Positions 8,829 through 18,473 of a DNA stretch of 64,000 nucleotides are shown piece by piece. Within the stretch, counting starts at the first letter, position 1. Every line of letters starts with the position of its first letter. The translations under genes were made by a program, and so were the position numbers. Source of the stretch: a virus. Under the pieces are notes generated by a model. That model was not told where the DNA came from and ran no database searches. It saw only the letters and a list, made by a program, of their open reading frames with translations. The stretch covers positions 17,692 to 81,691 of IMG/VR virus record IMGVR_UViG_3300046675_000234. One strand, 5' to 3'.

Positions 8829-10402
8829 GCCAGCCGTCCCGGCGGCGGGGTGGACGGCGGTTTAGCAGGCGGTGTCCGCTGCTGCGCCGCTGCCAGCGGC
8901 TGGCCGGGCGGCGGTCGCATGGAGGCACCTTGCGGCCTCATGGCCGCACGGTTCGCAATGGCGGTCGCGCCCGTCGCCAGCCCCTGGAGACCGCCGAGCG
9001 CACCGGCTGCCTCGGGCGGCATGCCGGGCGGCGGCTGGGCCTGGAGCGCCTCGGCGCGCTGGGACATGGTGGACACCAGCGCCTGGTGCACCTGGTCCAC
9101 GTCGAGCTGGAGGATCGAGGCCATCCGCTCGGTGATCAGGTCCACCACCTGGATCGGGATGTGCAGCGCGGGAGCCGCCGCGATCTGGCCGAACAGGGTC
9201 AGCAGCGCCTGCTCCTGCTCGTCCTGGAGCGGGCCGAACTTGGCCTGCGGGAACGCGGCGTCCGGCCCGAAGTTGAGCACCGTCAGCGGCATGATGATCT
9301 GGTGGGAGTACGCCTGGGCGATCTCGGCGGCCACGCCCTGCCGGGACTTGAGGTAGAAGCTGGACTGGTCCTGGCTCAGCGCGTAAGAGCCCTTGCCGCC
9401 TGTTGCGCTGGAGGTCAGCGCCATGAACCCGGCCAGAACCGAGTGCACCTGCCAGCCCTCCAGGAAGCTCAGCGCGTCATTGAAGAACTTGCCCGAGTCG
9501 GCGTTGTTCTCCATCACCTCGAACGCCTTCTGGCCCTGCTGCGGCTGCTCCATCCCGACCACGCCGCTGCTCTTCAGCGCAGCGATCGAGTCGGCGCGGT
9601 CGTTGGCGGTGGGCTGGTCCGGCCCGTAGACGACCACGCGGGGCAGCGCCTGGGTCTCCAGGAAGTGGTACCAGAGGTAGAGCAGCTTCATCTTGGTCTG
9701 ATAGCACCAGTAGCTGACCTCCATCTCCGATGCCCCGGTCAGCGGCTCGCGGTGCTTGCCGTGGGTGTAGATAAACGACCGGACGTGCGGGATGTCCACG
9801 TAGCCGGGGACCTTCTGCCGTGCGGCCTGCGCCATGAGCTGCCCGCCGAACAGCCAGACCTGCTGGCGGAAGCCGTGCGGTGCGGCGGTCCTGGCGTTGT
9901 AGCGGGCCTGGCAGGTGGCGCTCGGGCGGAAGCCGATCTTGTCGTAGATGATCTTGCCGTCGCTCTCGCGGATCTTCCAGACCTTCTCGAAGAACGCCCG
10001 CCGGTAGATCTGGCCGGACGTGATCTGGCCGATCAGGTCCACGTTGGGCGTGCTCATCCCGCCCGCGTGGTCCGGGGTCATCAGCACGGACTTGGCCAGC
10101 TCCAGCTCGCCCTTGTCGCCCTTGGCCCCCGCGATGTCAAAGTCAGCCTCGCGGATCGGCAGGGTCAGCGCGGCCTCTACCGCAGAGCACAGCCCGTCCC
10201 GGCTGAACATCGTCTTCATGTCACGGCTTGACCACTCACCGTAGTCAAAGACATCGCCCTCGCCGTAGTAGGCGAACAGCCGCTGCCCCCAGTCGAACGA
10301 GGTGCCGATCTCAGGACCGAGCAGCTCGCGCCGGTTGGTCTTCAGGTCGGGCAGCTTCAGCACCTGGGCCAGGGTGCCGTTCGCGTTCTGGCTGGGAGGC
10401 AT
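8825..10402 (-). CDS. portal protein (DUF935/Mu gp29-like)
   Basis: 525 aa between terL and MuF; FFEKVW, GSYALSQDQ, LNFG motifs. Confidence 0.85.
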   Translation of the reverse strand: MPPSQNANGTLAQVLKLPDLKTNRRELLGPEIGTSFDWGQRLFAYYGEGDVFDYGEWSSRDMKTMFSRDGLCSAVEAALTLPIREADFDIAGAKGDKGELELAKSVLMTPDHAGGMSTPNVDLIGQITSGQIYRRAFFEKVWKIRESDGKIIYDKIGFRPSATCQARYNARTAAPHGFRQQVWLFGGQLMAQAARQKVPGYVDIPHVRSFIYTHGKHREPLTGASEMEVSYWCYQTKMKLLYLWYHFLETQALPRVVVYGPDQPTANDRADSIAALKSSGVVGMEQPQQGQKAFEVMENNADSGKFFNDALSFLEGWQVHSVLAGFMALTSSATGGKGSYALSQDQSSFYLKSRQGVAAEIAQAYSHQIIMPLTVLNFGPDAAFPQAKFGPLQDEQEQALLTLFGQIAAAPALHIPIQVVDLITERMASILQLDVDQVHQALVSTMSQRAEALQAQPPPGMPPEAAGALGGLQGLATGATAIANRAAMRPQGASMRPPPGQPLAAAQQRTPPAKPPSTPPPGRLA

Positions 10403-12065
10403 CTAACCGCCAATCGCGCCGGTTGGGGCTCTGGCCGTTCGGCTTCTCGTCCTCGTGCGGGGCGAAGCTGTCCAGGCCCCAGTCTCGCTCTTGATCGTAG
10501 GCCCCGTTATGCGCCTCGGCCAGCTTGCGCTGGGCTCGGGTGGCCTGCGGGTCGGTCAGGACGCCTGCCAGCGGCCCGGTGACGTCGGTGCCGGTGTCCA
10601 GGTCATCGGAGCGCAGCCACTCCCGCTTGCCGCCGGGGACCGGCGGGCCGAACCAGGTGTCCAGGAACGGGTAGCAGGCCCACACCAGCGAGTCCAGCCG
10701 GTCGGGGGAGCGCTCGCCAGCCGCCCCGGTGAAGCTGCACATCTGGTCTTCCAGGTCCACGAAGCGCTCGGTGTCGGTGTGCCAGACCTTCTCCCCGCTC
10801 TGCGGGTCGGTGATCTGGTAGGTGACCTGCTTCTGGCAGTGCCGGACGATCTTGCGCTCGTACAGCGCGCTGACCGGCTCGGCGCGGGTGCGCTTGGCGT
10901 GGCTGGCGTGCACCTCGCGGTAGCGGACCCGGCCGACGTCCTTCATGACCTGCTCGAACGTGGCCTTCAGCCACTCCCCGCCGTGGTTCTGCTCGACCAC
11001 CAGCGTGGCGTCCAGCTCCTGGGCCTTCTTGATCACCCGCTTGGCGAACATGACCGGGCTCTCCTGCCCGCCCCAGCTCTCGATCACGTACAGGTGCGGG
11101 TCATCGACCATGCCGCGTCCCACCACGGTGTACGCCTGCTCGTCGCTGTCTTCCTTGCCATCGGAAGGGTCCACGCCGATGAAGACCTGGGTCAGCCAGG
11201 GCGGCCCGCCTTCCTCGTCCACGCCGGGGCTCAGGCAGGACTCGATCAGCTCGCGGGTCCACAGCGCGTTGGCGACGTCATCGAGCAGCTCGCCTTCCAG
11301 CTCCTGGCGCTCCAGCCGGGTGCCCTTGGCGCTGCCGACCACCGTCCGGTAGAACGCCTCGGACAGGTTGGCGATGTTGTCGATGGTGCGCAGCCGCCGG
11401 GTGATCACGCCGCCGTGCTCGGGCTCGTTGCGGATCAGCGAGCGGATCAGCTTGCGGGCTGACATGCTGACCTTGGGCGTGCCTGTGGCGATGATCTTGG
11501 AGACACCCTGGCGCACCGCGTACTTGAGTGACTCGCCCCAGGCCACCTCCCACTTCTTCCACAGCCCGATCTCGTCGCACCAGGCGGCCCGCAGGTTGCG
11601 GCCCTGGATGCGCAGCCCGCCCTCGTCGGCGCTGTCCACGTAGATGATCAGCCCGGAGTGCAGCACCACCTGCCCGTAGGTGCGCCAGGCCGACCGGACG
11701 ATGTTGGAGCGGTGATCCTTGACCTCGGCCATCGAGGTGCCCAGCGCCCGCAGGATGCCGCTCTCGCCCTCCACGCACTTGGTCCAGGCGTCGGCGTAGG
11801 TGGGCGCGATGATGCCGTACTCGCCCTCGGTGTCGGTGTCGTCCAGGATGATGTCCGCCAGCCCCTGAGCGCCCGCACGGGTCTTGCCGCTGCCGCGCCC
11901 GCCCTGGAGGTAGAACACGCGCCACGGGTCGGGCAGCGGCGGCAGGATCTGCTCGGGCCGGGCCACGCCAGCCCGCCACCGCACGCGCGGGTCCTTGACC
12001 GGCTGGCTGAGCCGGGTGTCCGCCCACTCGGCCAGCAGGCTGGTGTCGGCCTCAGCGACGGTCAT
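10311..12065 (-). CDS. terL: terminase large subunit
   Basis: Walker A GGRGSGKT, WCDE, IGVDPS, VVEQNHGG, SPDRLDSLVW. Confidence 0.95.
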   Translation of the reverse strand: MTVAEADTSLLAEWADTRLSQPVKDPRVRWRAGVARPEQILPPLPDPWRVFYLQGGRGSGKTRAGAQGLADIILDDTDTEGEYGIIAPTYADAWTKCVEGESGILRALGTSMAEVKDHRSNIVRSAWRTYGQVVLHSGLIIYVDSADEGGLRIQGRNLRAAWCDEIGLWKKWEVAWGESLKYAVRQGVSKIIATGTPKVSMSARKLIRSLIRNEPEHGGVITRRLRTIDNIANLSEAFYRTVVGSAKGTRLERQELEGELLDDVANALWTRELIESCLSPGVDEEGGPPWLTQVFIGVDPSDGKEDSDEQAYTVVGRGMVDDPHLYVIESWGGQESPVMFAKRVIKKAQELDATLVVEQNHGGEWLKATFEQVMKDVGRVRYREVHASHAKRTRAEPVSALYERKIVRHCQKQVTYQITDPQSGEKVWHTDTERFVDLEDQMCSFTGAAGERSPDRLDSLVWACYPFLDTWFGPPVPGGKREWLRSDDLDTGTDVTGPLAGVLTDPQATRAQRKLAEAHNGAYDQERDWGLDSFAPHEDEKPNGQSPNRRDWRLDASQPERERHPGPGAEAARPEDQPARAARS

Positions 12066-12152
12066 CTCAGGTCACACACCACGGTCTGCCCAGGACGGAT
12101 GACAGCCGCGATCCAGCATTGCGGGCATGCCTTCCTGCACCAGTGGATCAGG

Positions 12153-12884
12153 TCAGGAAGCGAGCTTGACGTGCTCGCGGAAGACGGCACGGGCGGGCTC
12201 CATCTTCTCGGGCGGCACGCCAGCCTTGGTGAACGCCAGCGTCAGCGCGCGGTCGAGCATGTCGAGCGACTGCTGCCGGATGCCGACCAGCCGGGCGTCC
12301 AGGTTGAGCTTGGCGATGGAGATCAGCATGGTGCCCAGCCGCTCCATGGCCCGCTCGTACAGCACGATCTCGGCCCGGACCTGCTCACCGGTCCTGCCGC
12401 TGTAGCGGTACTGGGCGGGCTTCAGCAGCGCCACCCGCTCCCGCAGCATGTTCTTCCAGGCGCGCATCTCCCCGGCGAGCTGCATCAGCTCGGCGTAGGG
12501 GTCCTGGACCGGCTGGGCCTCGGCCAGCTTGCTGCCGTACTCCGCGATGATCTCCACGGCACGCTGCTCGGCCCCGCCGTTGATCAGCCGCAGCGCGGCA
12601 GCCCTGGAGGTGTTCGATCCGACGTTGGCCCCGTGGTTCTTGCAGGCAGGCGGATCAGTACCGGCCACCGCGTAGTAATGGCAGGCGTCCGGGGTGCCGA
12701 AGTCCTGGCGGCAGCGGCGGAAGCTGGTGATGGCCTCGGCTTCCTCTAGCAGCTCGTCGGGCATGTGGTGCAGGCAGTACTCCAGGCCCTCGACCTCGAC
12801 GTTGCCGCAGTGCTGGCCGTCCCGGCGGAAGCCGGTGCACAGCGCGGTGCCGAAGCCGGGCGGGGTCGGCGGGATAGACGGCAT
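12153..12884 (-). CDS. terminase small subunit-like protein with Cys/His-rich N-terminus
   Basis: position upstream of terL; CxxH zinc motifs and helical C-terminus. Confidence 0.65.
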   Translation of the reverse strand: MPSIPPTPPGFGTALCTGFRRDGQHCGNVEVEGLEYCLHHMPDELLEEAEAITSFRRCRQDFGTPDACHYYAVAGTDPPACKNHGANVGSNTSRAAALRLINGGAEQRAVEIIAEYGSKLAEAQPVQDPYAELMQLAGEMRAWKNMLRERVALLKPAQYRYSGRTGEQVRAEIVLYERAMERLGTMLISIAKLNLDARLVGIRQQSLDMLDRALTLAFTKAGVPPEKMEPARAVFREHVKLAS

Positions 12885-12905
12885 GACCCCATTGTGCACG
12901 CATGA

Positions 12906-12937
12906 CGAAGGCCCCGCACGCAGGTGCGGGGCCTTCG
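12906..12937. terminator. 14-bp hairpin, likely intrinsic terminator
   Basis: CGAAGGCCCCGCAC-gcag-GTGCGGGGCCTTCG. Confidence 0.7.
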
Positions 12938-12989
12938 CAAAGCCGCCGGATCATTCCGCCCCCCGGTGCGGGCGGCGGCGGCTAGTTCC

Positions 12990-13727
12990 TCATCGCCGGG
13001 CGAGGCCGGTGGCCCACACCTGGATGTTGCTGTAGCGCGGCTGGATACGGTTCTGGAGGATCGGGTTGCCCCTGATCAGGCGCAGCGAGCAGACGCCACG
13101 GATGGTCGGGAACACCCACTGGCCGGTGAGCAGGTAGGTGCCGTTGCCGATCGAGTTGCGGAACAGGCTGCCGACCGGCCCGCCAGCGAACCTCCACACG
13201 CCGAGCTGGTTGACCGAGGCCACGCACAGCGCGAGGTTGACGCTCGGGAACGCGATACCGGTGTGGGGCACGTTCACCCTGCGCAGCAGGCCCGGCAGGC
13301 TGAACCGGGAGAACGTGTTGGTCTGGACGCCGAGATCATCAGAGCCGGTGCCGAAGACCGGGCCGTTGGCGATGACGCGGTTCTGCGTCACGACGTTGCC
13401 CACCGTGGTCTGCTGAAGCACGAACTGCTCAGGCGAGCAGCGCAGCGGGTTGACCACGGGGCGCGTCGGCTCGGGCGTCGGCGTGTTGCCGTGCCAGGCC
13501 GACAGGGCGATCGGGCTGCCCTGGTCGGTCGGGGTGTCGGTGGGGGTGAAGGTGATCGGCCGCTGGTTGCAGGTCTGCGGCACCGGCCTCGGGGGCGGGG
13601 TGAACGTGTGGGTGAAGGACGGTGACGGGCTGGGCGTGACCCCGGCCGACGCGGAAGCCGCGCCCAGGCCGACCGTCATGCAGGATGCGGCGGCTACTGC
13701 TAGCGCCACGTTGAGCTTGATGGACAT
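12990..13727 (-). CDS. secreted protein (signal peptide, Pro/Thr linker, beta-rich domain)
   Basis: MSIKLNVALAVAAASCMTVGLGAASASA; AAGGA RBS. Confidence 0.8.
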   Translation of the reverse strand: MSIKLNVALAVAAASCMTVGLGAASASAGVTPSPSPSFTHTFTPPPRPVPQTCNQRPITFTPTDTPTDQGSPIALSAWHGNTPTPEPTRPVVNPLRCSPEQFVLQQTTVGNVVTQNRVIANGPVFGTGSDDLGVQTNTFSRFSLPGLLRRVNVPHTGIAFPSVNLALCVASVNQLGVWRFAGGPVGSLFRNSIGNGTYLLTGQWVFPTIRGVCSLRLIRGNPILQNRIQPRYSNIQVWATGLARR

Positions 13728-13804
13728 TGTTGTCCTTTCATGCAGTTGTTACCTTGGCTGACCATGGACAGGCCCCCCCTTGATCAGCGAGGCAATTTCC
13801 AGGT

Positions 13805-13917
13805 CATCGTGATCCCATCGTGATCGTTGGCTCGGGACGCACCGGCTGTCCCGCACCCCGACATTACACGCCCCCCAGGGGGTGTTGACACGGATTCGAT
13901 CACGAAACGATCACGAA
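13805..13917. repeat. inverted pair of tandem repeats flanking a GC hairpin and GTGTTGACAC
   Basis: CATCGTGATC x2 (13805, 13816) and CGATCACGAA x2 (13897, 13908), 11-bp period. Confidence 0.8.
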
Positions 13918-13955
13918 CACTCACAGTGAACTCTGAGCCTATCTTGATCCGGCCC

Positions 13956-14441
13956 TCACCTGAAGCGCATCGCCATCGTCGGCTGCCAGCCGCCCGGCCA
14001 CCACCTGACCCAGCCGACGCGCGTCCCGCTGTCGTGCGCACCGAAGCTCATCAGGTGCCAGATGGTGGCGAACTCGACGTGCCCGGAGCCGAAGAACAGC
14101 AGGTCCCCGCGCCGGGCCTCGGACAGCGGTATCCGGTACAGGTGCGGCCCGCCGCCGAGCATCGAGTAGGTGGAGTGCGGCACCGAGATCCCGTGCTGCG
14201 CCGCCGCCCACACGACTAGCCCGCTACAGTCGAACGCGCCCGGCCCGGCCGCGCCGTAGGAGTACCAGTCACCGGTACGCGATTCGGCAGTGTTGAGGAT
14301 CGAGCCGCCGAGGCTGCCGCCCGAGGCCGACGCGGCGGGTGCCAGGACGCAGACAGCCAGGAAGCAGGCTGCCAGCAGGCCGAGCAGGCGAGTCACCCGT
14401 GACTCAGTTGCTCTACGATCCGTTACCGTGTCAGCACCCAT
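13956..14441 (-). CDS. secreted NlpC/P60 peptidoglycan endopeptidase
   Basis: signal peptide; YSYGAAGPGAFDCSGL, RGDLLFF, GHV. Confidence 0.9.
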   Translation of the reverse strand: MGADTVTDRRATESRVTRLLGLLAACFLAVCVLAPAASASGGSLGGSILNTAESRTGDWYSYGAAGPGAFDCSGLVVWAAAQHGISVPHSTYSMLGGGPHLYRIPLSEARRGDLLFFGSGHVEFATIWHLMSFGAHDSGTRVGWVRWWPGGWQPTMAMRFR

Positions 14442-15321
14442 CGTAAGGGCTCCAGTTCGACTGGCCGCCCCGCGCGATGGCGTTGAGGAAGACCCGGCGC
14501 TGCTCGCCTACCGAGGCGTGACCGAAGCTCCCGGAGCTGCCGCCGTACGCCTGCCAGGTGCTGGCGCTGAACTGATAGAGGCCGTAGTGCCCGCTGGCGT
14601 TCATGATCTGGGAGTTGCCGCCGCTCTCGCGGGCGATAACGCACCGCTCGAACGAGCCGTTACCCGAGTAACGGGAGCCGCTGTAGACGGAGACCCGGCG
14701 GTAGGTGCGCCCGGCGTGCCGGTAGCTGCTGGCCCCGCCGTGGTAGACGCTGTGGTGCAGCATCGAGCAGGGCATGTCCATCCCGTCGCCGTCGCCGTCG
14801 CCACACTGATCGTGGTGTCCGTCCCACTGGTCGTGGTGCCCGCCGCTGCTGACATACGCCGTGGTGGCCACCTGGTGCCAGTGGTGGCGCGGCGCGATGG
14901 CGAACCGCAGCTCACCCGGCTTGTACACGCAGTCGATGGCCAGGAGCTGGCCCACGGTCAGCACGTTGGCGTTGTACGCGGTCAGGTGCTCGGCGCGGCT
15001 CTCCGCGTAGATGCCGGTCCAGTAGTCCGCGTGGCCGTGGCAGGCGTTGACCGCTACTGATGAGATCGACTCGCCAGCCGTCACCTTGTGCAGGGCCAGC
15101 GCCCGGTCAGCGCCCTGCCGGGCCGAGGCCAGGACCGCCCGCACAGCCTGCCGCATCACCGAGCCGTCCCGGCTGGTGTGCAGATCCGGGGCATCTTTCG
15201 CGGGTACTGCCGCGTGAGCTGCCTGGGTGCTGACCAGGGAGGCCAGCAGGGCGATGAGAGACAAATATGCCCACCGCAGATGTTTGATCGCGGCGGGCAG
15301 GTGCGCGTGTATGCGCTGCAT
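14431..15321 (-). CDS. secreted LysM-like + Rpf-like lytic transglycosylase
   Basis: signal peptide; HKVTAGESISSVA..VLTVGQLL; CVIARESGGN..GLYQF..TW..EQ..NW. Confidence 0.88.
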   Translation of the reverse strand: MQRIHAHLPAAIKHLRWAYLSLIALLASLVSTQAAHAAVPAKDAPDLHTSRDGSVMRQAVRAVLASARQGADRALALHKVTAGESISSVAVNACHGHADYWTGIYAESRAEHLTAYNANVLTVGQLLAIDCVYKPGELRFAIAPRHHWHQVATTAYVSSGGHHDQWDGHHDQCGDGDGDGMDMPCSMLHHSVYHGGASSYRHAGRTYRRVSVYSGSRYSGNGSFERCVIARESGGNSQIMNASGHYGLYQFSASTWQAYGGSSGSFGHASVGEQRRVFLNAIARGGQSNWSPYDGC

Positions 15322-15399
15322 GTGTACCCTTTTCGCAGAGATGGCCGCTTCCAGGGGAGGATTTCCAGGTCTCGCCCCTAGTCGCGCTTGTCCTCACCG

Positions 15400-15428
15400 A
15401 CGATAACAAGACGGTCTCAGGCTGTCAG
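15400..15428 (-). promoter_or_regulatory. sigma-A-type promoter for the rpf-nlpC pair
   Basis: CTGACA-N17-TATCGT with TGn extension. Confidence 0.6.
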
Positions 15429-15450
15429 CGTTTTCGGCGGTGACATGCGG

Positions 15451-15484
15451 GAGCCCAGGACCCGCACCTTGCGGGCCTGGGCTC
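15451..15484. terminator. hairpin terminator
   Basis: GAGCCCAGG-a-CCCGCA..TGCGGG-CCTGGGCTC. Confidence 0.65.
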
Positions 15485-15544
15485 TCGTCAGTTCCAGGTA
15501 TCTGATCGCATAGGTCAGCAGCCTAGACCGGTGTTCTCAGGCCA

Positions 15545-15835
15545 TCAAGCGTGTGCCCACCGGCACAGCTTGGCGATGCACCGCCCGTCGTTGTGGAAGA
15601 ACAGGCTGACCTGCTCCGACGTATCGCAGGCAGGGCACCGGTCATCGGGATCATCCCCGTGATCGGCACATGCCGCGTGCACGTTCAGGACCGGCCAGGC
15701 CCGCCAGCCGCCGCAGGTCTGCGTGCCGTCCCCGGTGTGGTACCAGGCAGGCACCGTGACCAGCACCTCGCCGTCCCGCACGAACCCGGTGCAGTCCCGG
15801 ATGCGCCGTCCGCAGCGTGCGCAGCGGCTGATCAA
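15545..15835 (-). CDS. hypothetical Cys-rich protein
   Basis: coupled ORF with CxxC motifs. Confidence 0.6.
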   Translation of the reverse strand: MISRCARCGRRIRDCTGFVRDGEVLVTVPAWYHTGDGTQTCGGWRAWPVLNVHAACADHGDDPDDRCPACDTSEQVSLFFHNDGRCIAKLCRWAHA

Positions 15836-16473
15836 TGCCGCGACGGCCAGAAGAACCCGGCCAGCCAGAGCACCACTCCGAGGGTGAAGTAACCGCCGCC
15901 GGTCATCATCAGCACGCTCCCGGTCATGATCAGCGCGCAGGAGATGGCGAAGCTGCGGCTGGCCACATGCGCCATCAGGTACTGCCTGAACGTCGGCGGA
16001 CGCTCGGTCTCAGGCGGCACCGGTGCCGGTGCTGGCGCGAGTATCCGCAGCTCATCGCACCATTTGCACAGCTCCGCGCCCGCCGGTCCCTTGACGTCGC
16101 CGTCATCGAGCCCGCACTTCGTGCAGGTGCCAGGCTGCCAGCCGCTCTGCGCCTCCGCGATCTCGCGGCGGCGCGCTCTCAGCTCGGCCTCGGCGGCGTC
16201 CAGGCCCATGACCTGCCTGATCGCCGCGTCCTGCGCCCGCATGTGGAAGTGGAACGGGCACTGGCAGTCCGGTCCCTCGGAGCACTCCGGGTAGATGATG
16301 CTCCGCGAGATCATGTCGCCGGTAATGGTCCCGGCCACGATGTTGCCGGTGGTCCAGTGGCTCTCATCGCCGTGCGGGTCGGTGCGCCCGCACACCGGGC
16401 ACATCCCGGCGTTGATCTTGCGCACCGCCTCGCGCAGTGCTTCCTCGGCCTGCTCTTCAGGGGAGCCGGTCAT
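15832..16473 (-). CDS. hypothetical Zn-binding membrane protein
   Basis: CxxC motifs, two C-terminal TM helices. Confidence 0.7.
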   Translation of the reverse strand: MTGSPEEQAEEALREAVRKINAGMCPVCGRTDPHGDESHWTTGNIVAGTITGDMISRSIIYPECSEGPDCQCPFHFHMRAQDAAIRQVMGLDAAEAELRARRREIAEAQSGWQPGTCTKCGLDDGDVKGPAGAELCKWCDELRILAPAPAPVPPETERPPTFRQYLMAHVASRSFAISCALIMTGSVLMMTGGGYFTLGVVLWLAGFFWPSRH

Positions 16474-16759
16474 GCACGGTCCCTCCCATCAGCACGTCCT
16501 CGGTGACGATGACCAGCCGCCAGCCGCCCGGCGGCAGGTCGATGCTCAGCCTGACCGGGACCTCGAACTTCTCGGCCGGGTCGATGTCCTCCATGTGGGG
16601 CCACAGATCCGGGTCGCGGTAGAGCATGCCCCGTACTGACGGGTGCACCTCCAGCCGCAGGCCCTCGGGCAGCCTGCGGCTGATGGGCGGGCCGTATTCC
16701 TCGGTGAGCTTGCTGGCTATGGCCTGCACCAGCTCCTTCGGCGCTACCGCGTCGTCCAC
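16457..16759 (-). CDS. hypothetical protein
   Basis: overlapping operon packing, codon bias. Confidence 0.65.
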   Translation of the reverse strand: MDDAVAPKELVQAIASKLTEEYGPPISRRLPEGLRLEVHPSVRGMLYRDPDLWPHMEDIDPAEKFEVPVRLSIDLPPGGWRLVIVTEDVLMGGTVHDRLP

Positions 16760-17109
16760 TGCCTGTCCTCGCCCAGCACGTAGTCCCGGCGCTGGCCGTC
16801 AGTCTCGCGCAGCACCGTGCCCGCTTCCTCGTCCTTGCAGATCACCATGGCCATCTGGAGGTTCAGCGCCGTGACGTGCACCGTCTTGTAGGTGGCCTCC
16901 ATGGAGTCGATCTCGGCCTTCAGCCGGGCGACCTCGGCGGTCAGCTCCCCGATCTGCTCGCGCTGGTAGCTGAACACCGAGTCCGGCACGATCCAGGCGA
17001 CCACCTCATCGTCCAGGTAGACCTGGGTTGTCGTGCCCGCGTGCTGGCTGGCCAGCAGGGCTCCCCCGACCGGCCAGCCGTGGCCCGTCTTGATCCGCAG
17101 CTCAGCCAC
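16744..17109 (-). CDS. hypothetical protein
   Basis: GTG start overlapping upstream stop. Confidence 0.6.
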   Translation of the reverse strand: MAELRIKTGHGWPVGGALLASQHAGTTTQVYLDDEVVAWIVPDSVFSYQREQIGELTAEVARLKAEIDSMEATYKTVHVTALNLQMAMVICKDEEAGTVLRETDGQRRDYVLGEDRQWTTR

Positions 17110-17593
17110 GGGTGGCCTCTCTCTCGACCAGGGCGGTGGACACATGCGCCATCAGCGTCAGTATCTGGTCGGCGTCCTCGATAGAACCCCGGCTGATCTC
17201 CTTGCCCTCGGTCGCGTCCTTGTGACTGGCGTGCATCCACTCCGCGAACGCGGCGAACCGCTCCGGGTCGTTGTGCACGTACTCGGTGGTGAAGCTGCCG
17301 ATCGCCAGCGCGGCGGCGCTGCGCATCTCGCCGCCGTCGATGCGCGGCACCACGAGCTGGAACTCGGACAGCGCGCCGCTGTGCCGCAGCAGCCGCGCGC
17401 CGACCTCGGTCACCGCCGCCTCGGACAGCTCGATCACCGTGGCGTCGATCCTGCTGGCGTCGAACGGGACCTCGGCCGTCTTCGCCAGCTTCTGGAGCTG
17501 CACGATCAGCACGGGGTCCTCGCGGATGAGCTGCATGGCCAGCACCGCGATCATGTGCGCGGTGCTGGCCTGCGTGGCGTCCTTGCTCGCCAT
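17102..17593 (-). CDS. hypothetical protein
   Basis: TGATG coupling. Confidence 0.7.
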   Translation of the reverse strand: MASKDATQASTAHMIAVLAMQLIREDPVLIVQLQKLAKTAEVPFDASRIDATVIELSEAAVTEVGARLLRHSGALSEFQLVVPRIDGGEMRSAAALAIGSFTTEYVHNDPERFAAFAEWMHASHKDATEGKEISRGSIEDADQILTLMAHVSTALVEREATRG

Positions 17594-17916
17594 CAGCCGT
17601 TCTTCCTCTCAGCGACGGCGGCCTGGAGCCGCTCAACGGCGCTCTTCTCGCCGGGCAGCAGCGTCATCTGCTTCTCCACGCGCGGCAGCACCGCCTTGAC
17701 GTCGGCGGCCTTGACCATGATCCAGCCCTCGTGCTCCCAGGCATACGGCAGGTCCATCGTGCCATCGGTGAGCCCCGCGTCCAGCTCGGCCCAGGCACGG
17801 GTGAACGCCTCGGCCGACTCGAACTCGCGCCGGGAGCCGCCCTCGGCGTCCTCCCAGTCCTTCACGCGGTCCCTGATCTCGTCGCGCAGGTCGTTCGCGC
17901 TCGGCTGGTCTGTCAT
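17593..17916 (-). CDS. hypothetical protein
   Basis: ATGA coupling. Confidence 0.7.
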   Translation of the reverse strand: MTDQPSANDLRDEIRDRVKDWEDAEGGSRREFESAEAFTRAWAELDAGLTDGTMDLPYAWEHEGWIMVKAADVKAVLPRVEKQMTLLPGEKSAVERLQAAVAERKNG

Positions 17917-18401
17917 GACGCACCGCCAGCCGCTTCTGCCGCCTCTGCCTGCGCGGTGCGCGCGGCCTCCTTGAGGCTCCGGTACGTGCGGGACTTCAGG
18001 AACGCCGCCAGCTCATCGCGGGTGCGGTTGCGCTCGCTGATCAGGATCTCCAGTGCCTGGTACTCCGGTGCGGTCAGGCGCGGCATCGCGGTGCTGCCCT
18101 GGTAGCCGGGGATCTGCTCGGTCTTGCCGTTGTGCTGCCAGCGGACCATCAGGTTGCCGTTGGTGGCGTGGATGCTGGTCACCGTGCCGTTGCGCGGGCC
18201 TCTGTCGGTGACCTCGGTGAAGTCCAGCGCGAACGGGATCTTGATCTTGCGGGTCTTCCTGACCAGCTCGGCGTAACTCGCGGCCTTGATGATCTGGCTG
18301 GAGCCCTGCTCCACGCCCAGGTTGGTGACGAACTCGCCCTCGCCGTTGATGCTGACCGGGTAGCTCTGACCGGCTACCTCGACTGTCAGGTCAGTTTGCA
18401 T
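17913..18401 (-). CDS. hypothetical protein
   Basis: AACGATGAGG leader then ATG 18401. Confidence 0.75.
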   Translation of the reverse strand: MQTDLTVEVAGQSYPVSINGEGEFVTNLGVEQGSSQIIKAASYAELVRKTRKIKIPFALDFTEVTDRGPRNGTVTSIHATNGNLMVRWQHNGKTEQIPGYQGSTAMPRLTAPEYQALEILISERNRTRDELAAFLKSRTYRSLKEAARTAQAEAAEAAGGAS

Positions 18402-18473
18402 TGCTCTCTTCCTCATCGTTGACCCGCCGGATCTCAGCGGGGGTGTTTACACAGTACAGCGTATCGTGGCCTC

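Noticed and set aside
10311-10402. 92-nt terL/portal overlap as a recoding site
   Set aside because: No slippery site seen. A disordered terL tail or a later portal start is sufficient.
13805-13917. attP site
   Set aside because: Arm-like repeats are present but there is no integrase in the window, so it cannot be supported.
15322-15545. c-di-AMP (ydaO) riboswitch upstream of the rpf-like gene
   Set aside because: Only short fragments (GACAGC, CGTCGGTGAGG) resemble it and the core GAATCC/GGAACCGGGG elements are absent. A promoter plus hairpin explains the region.
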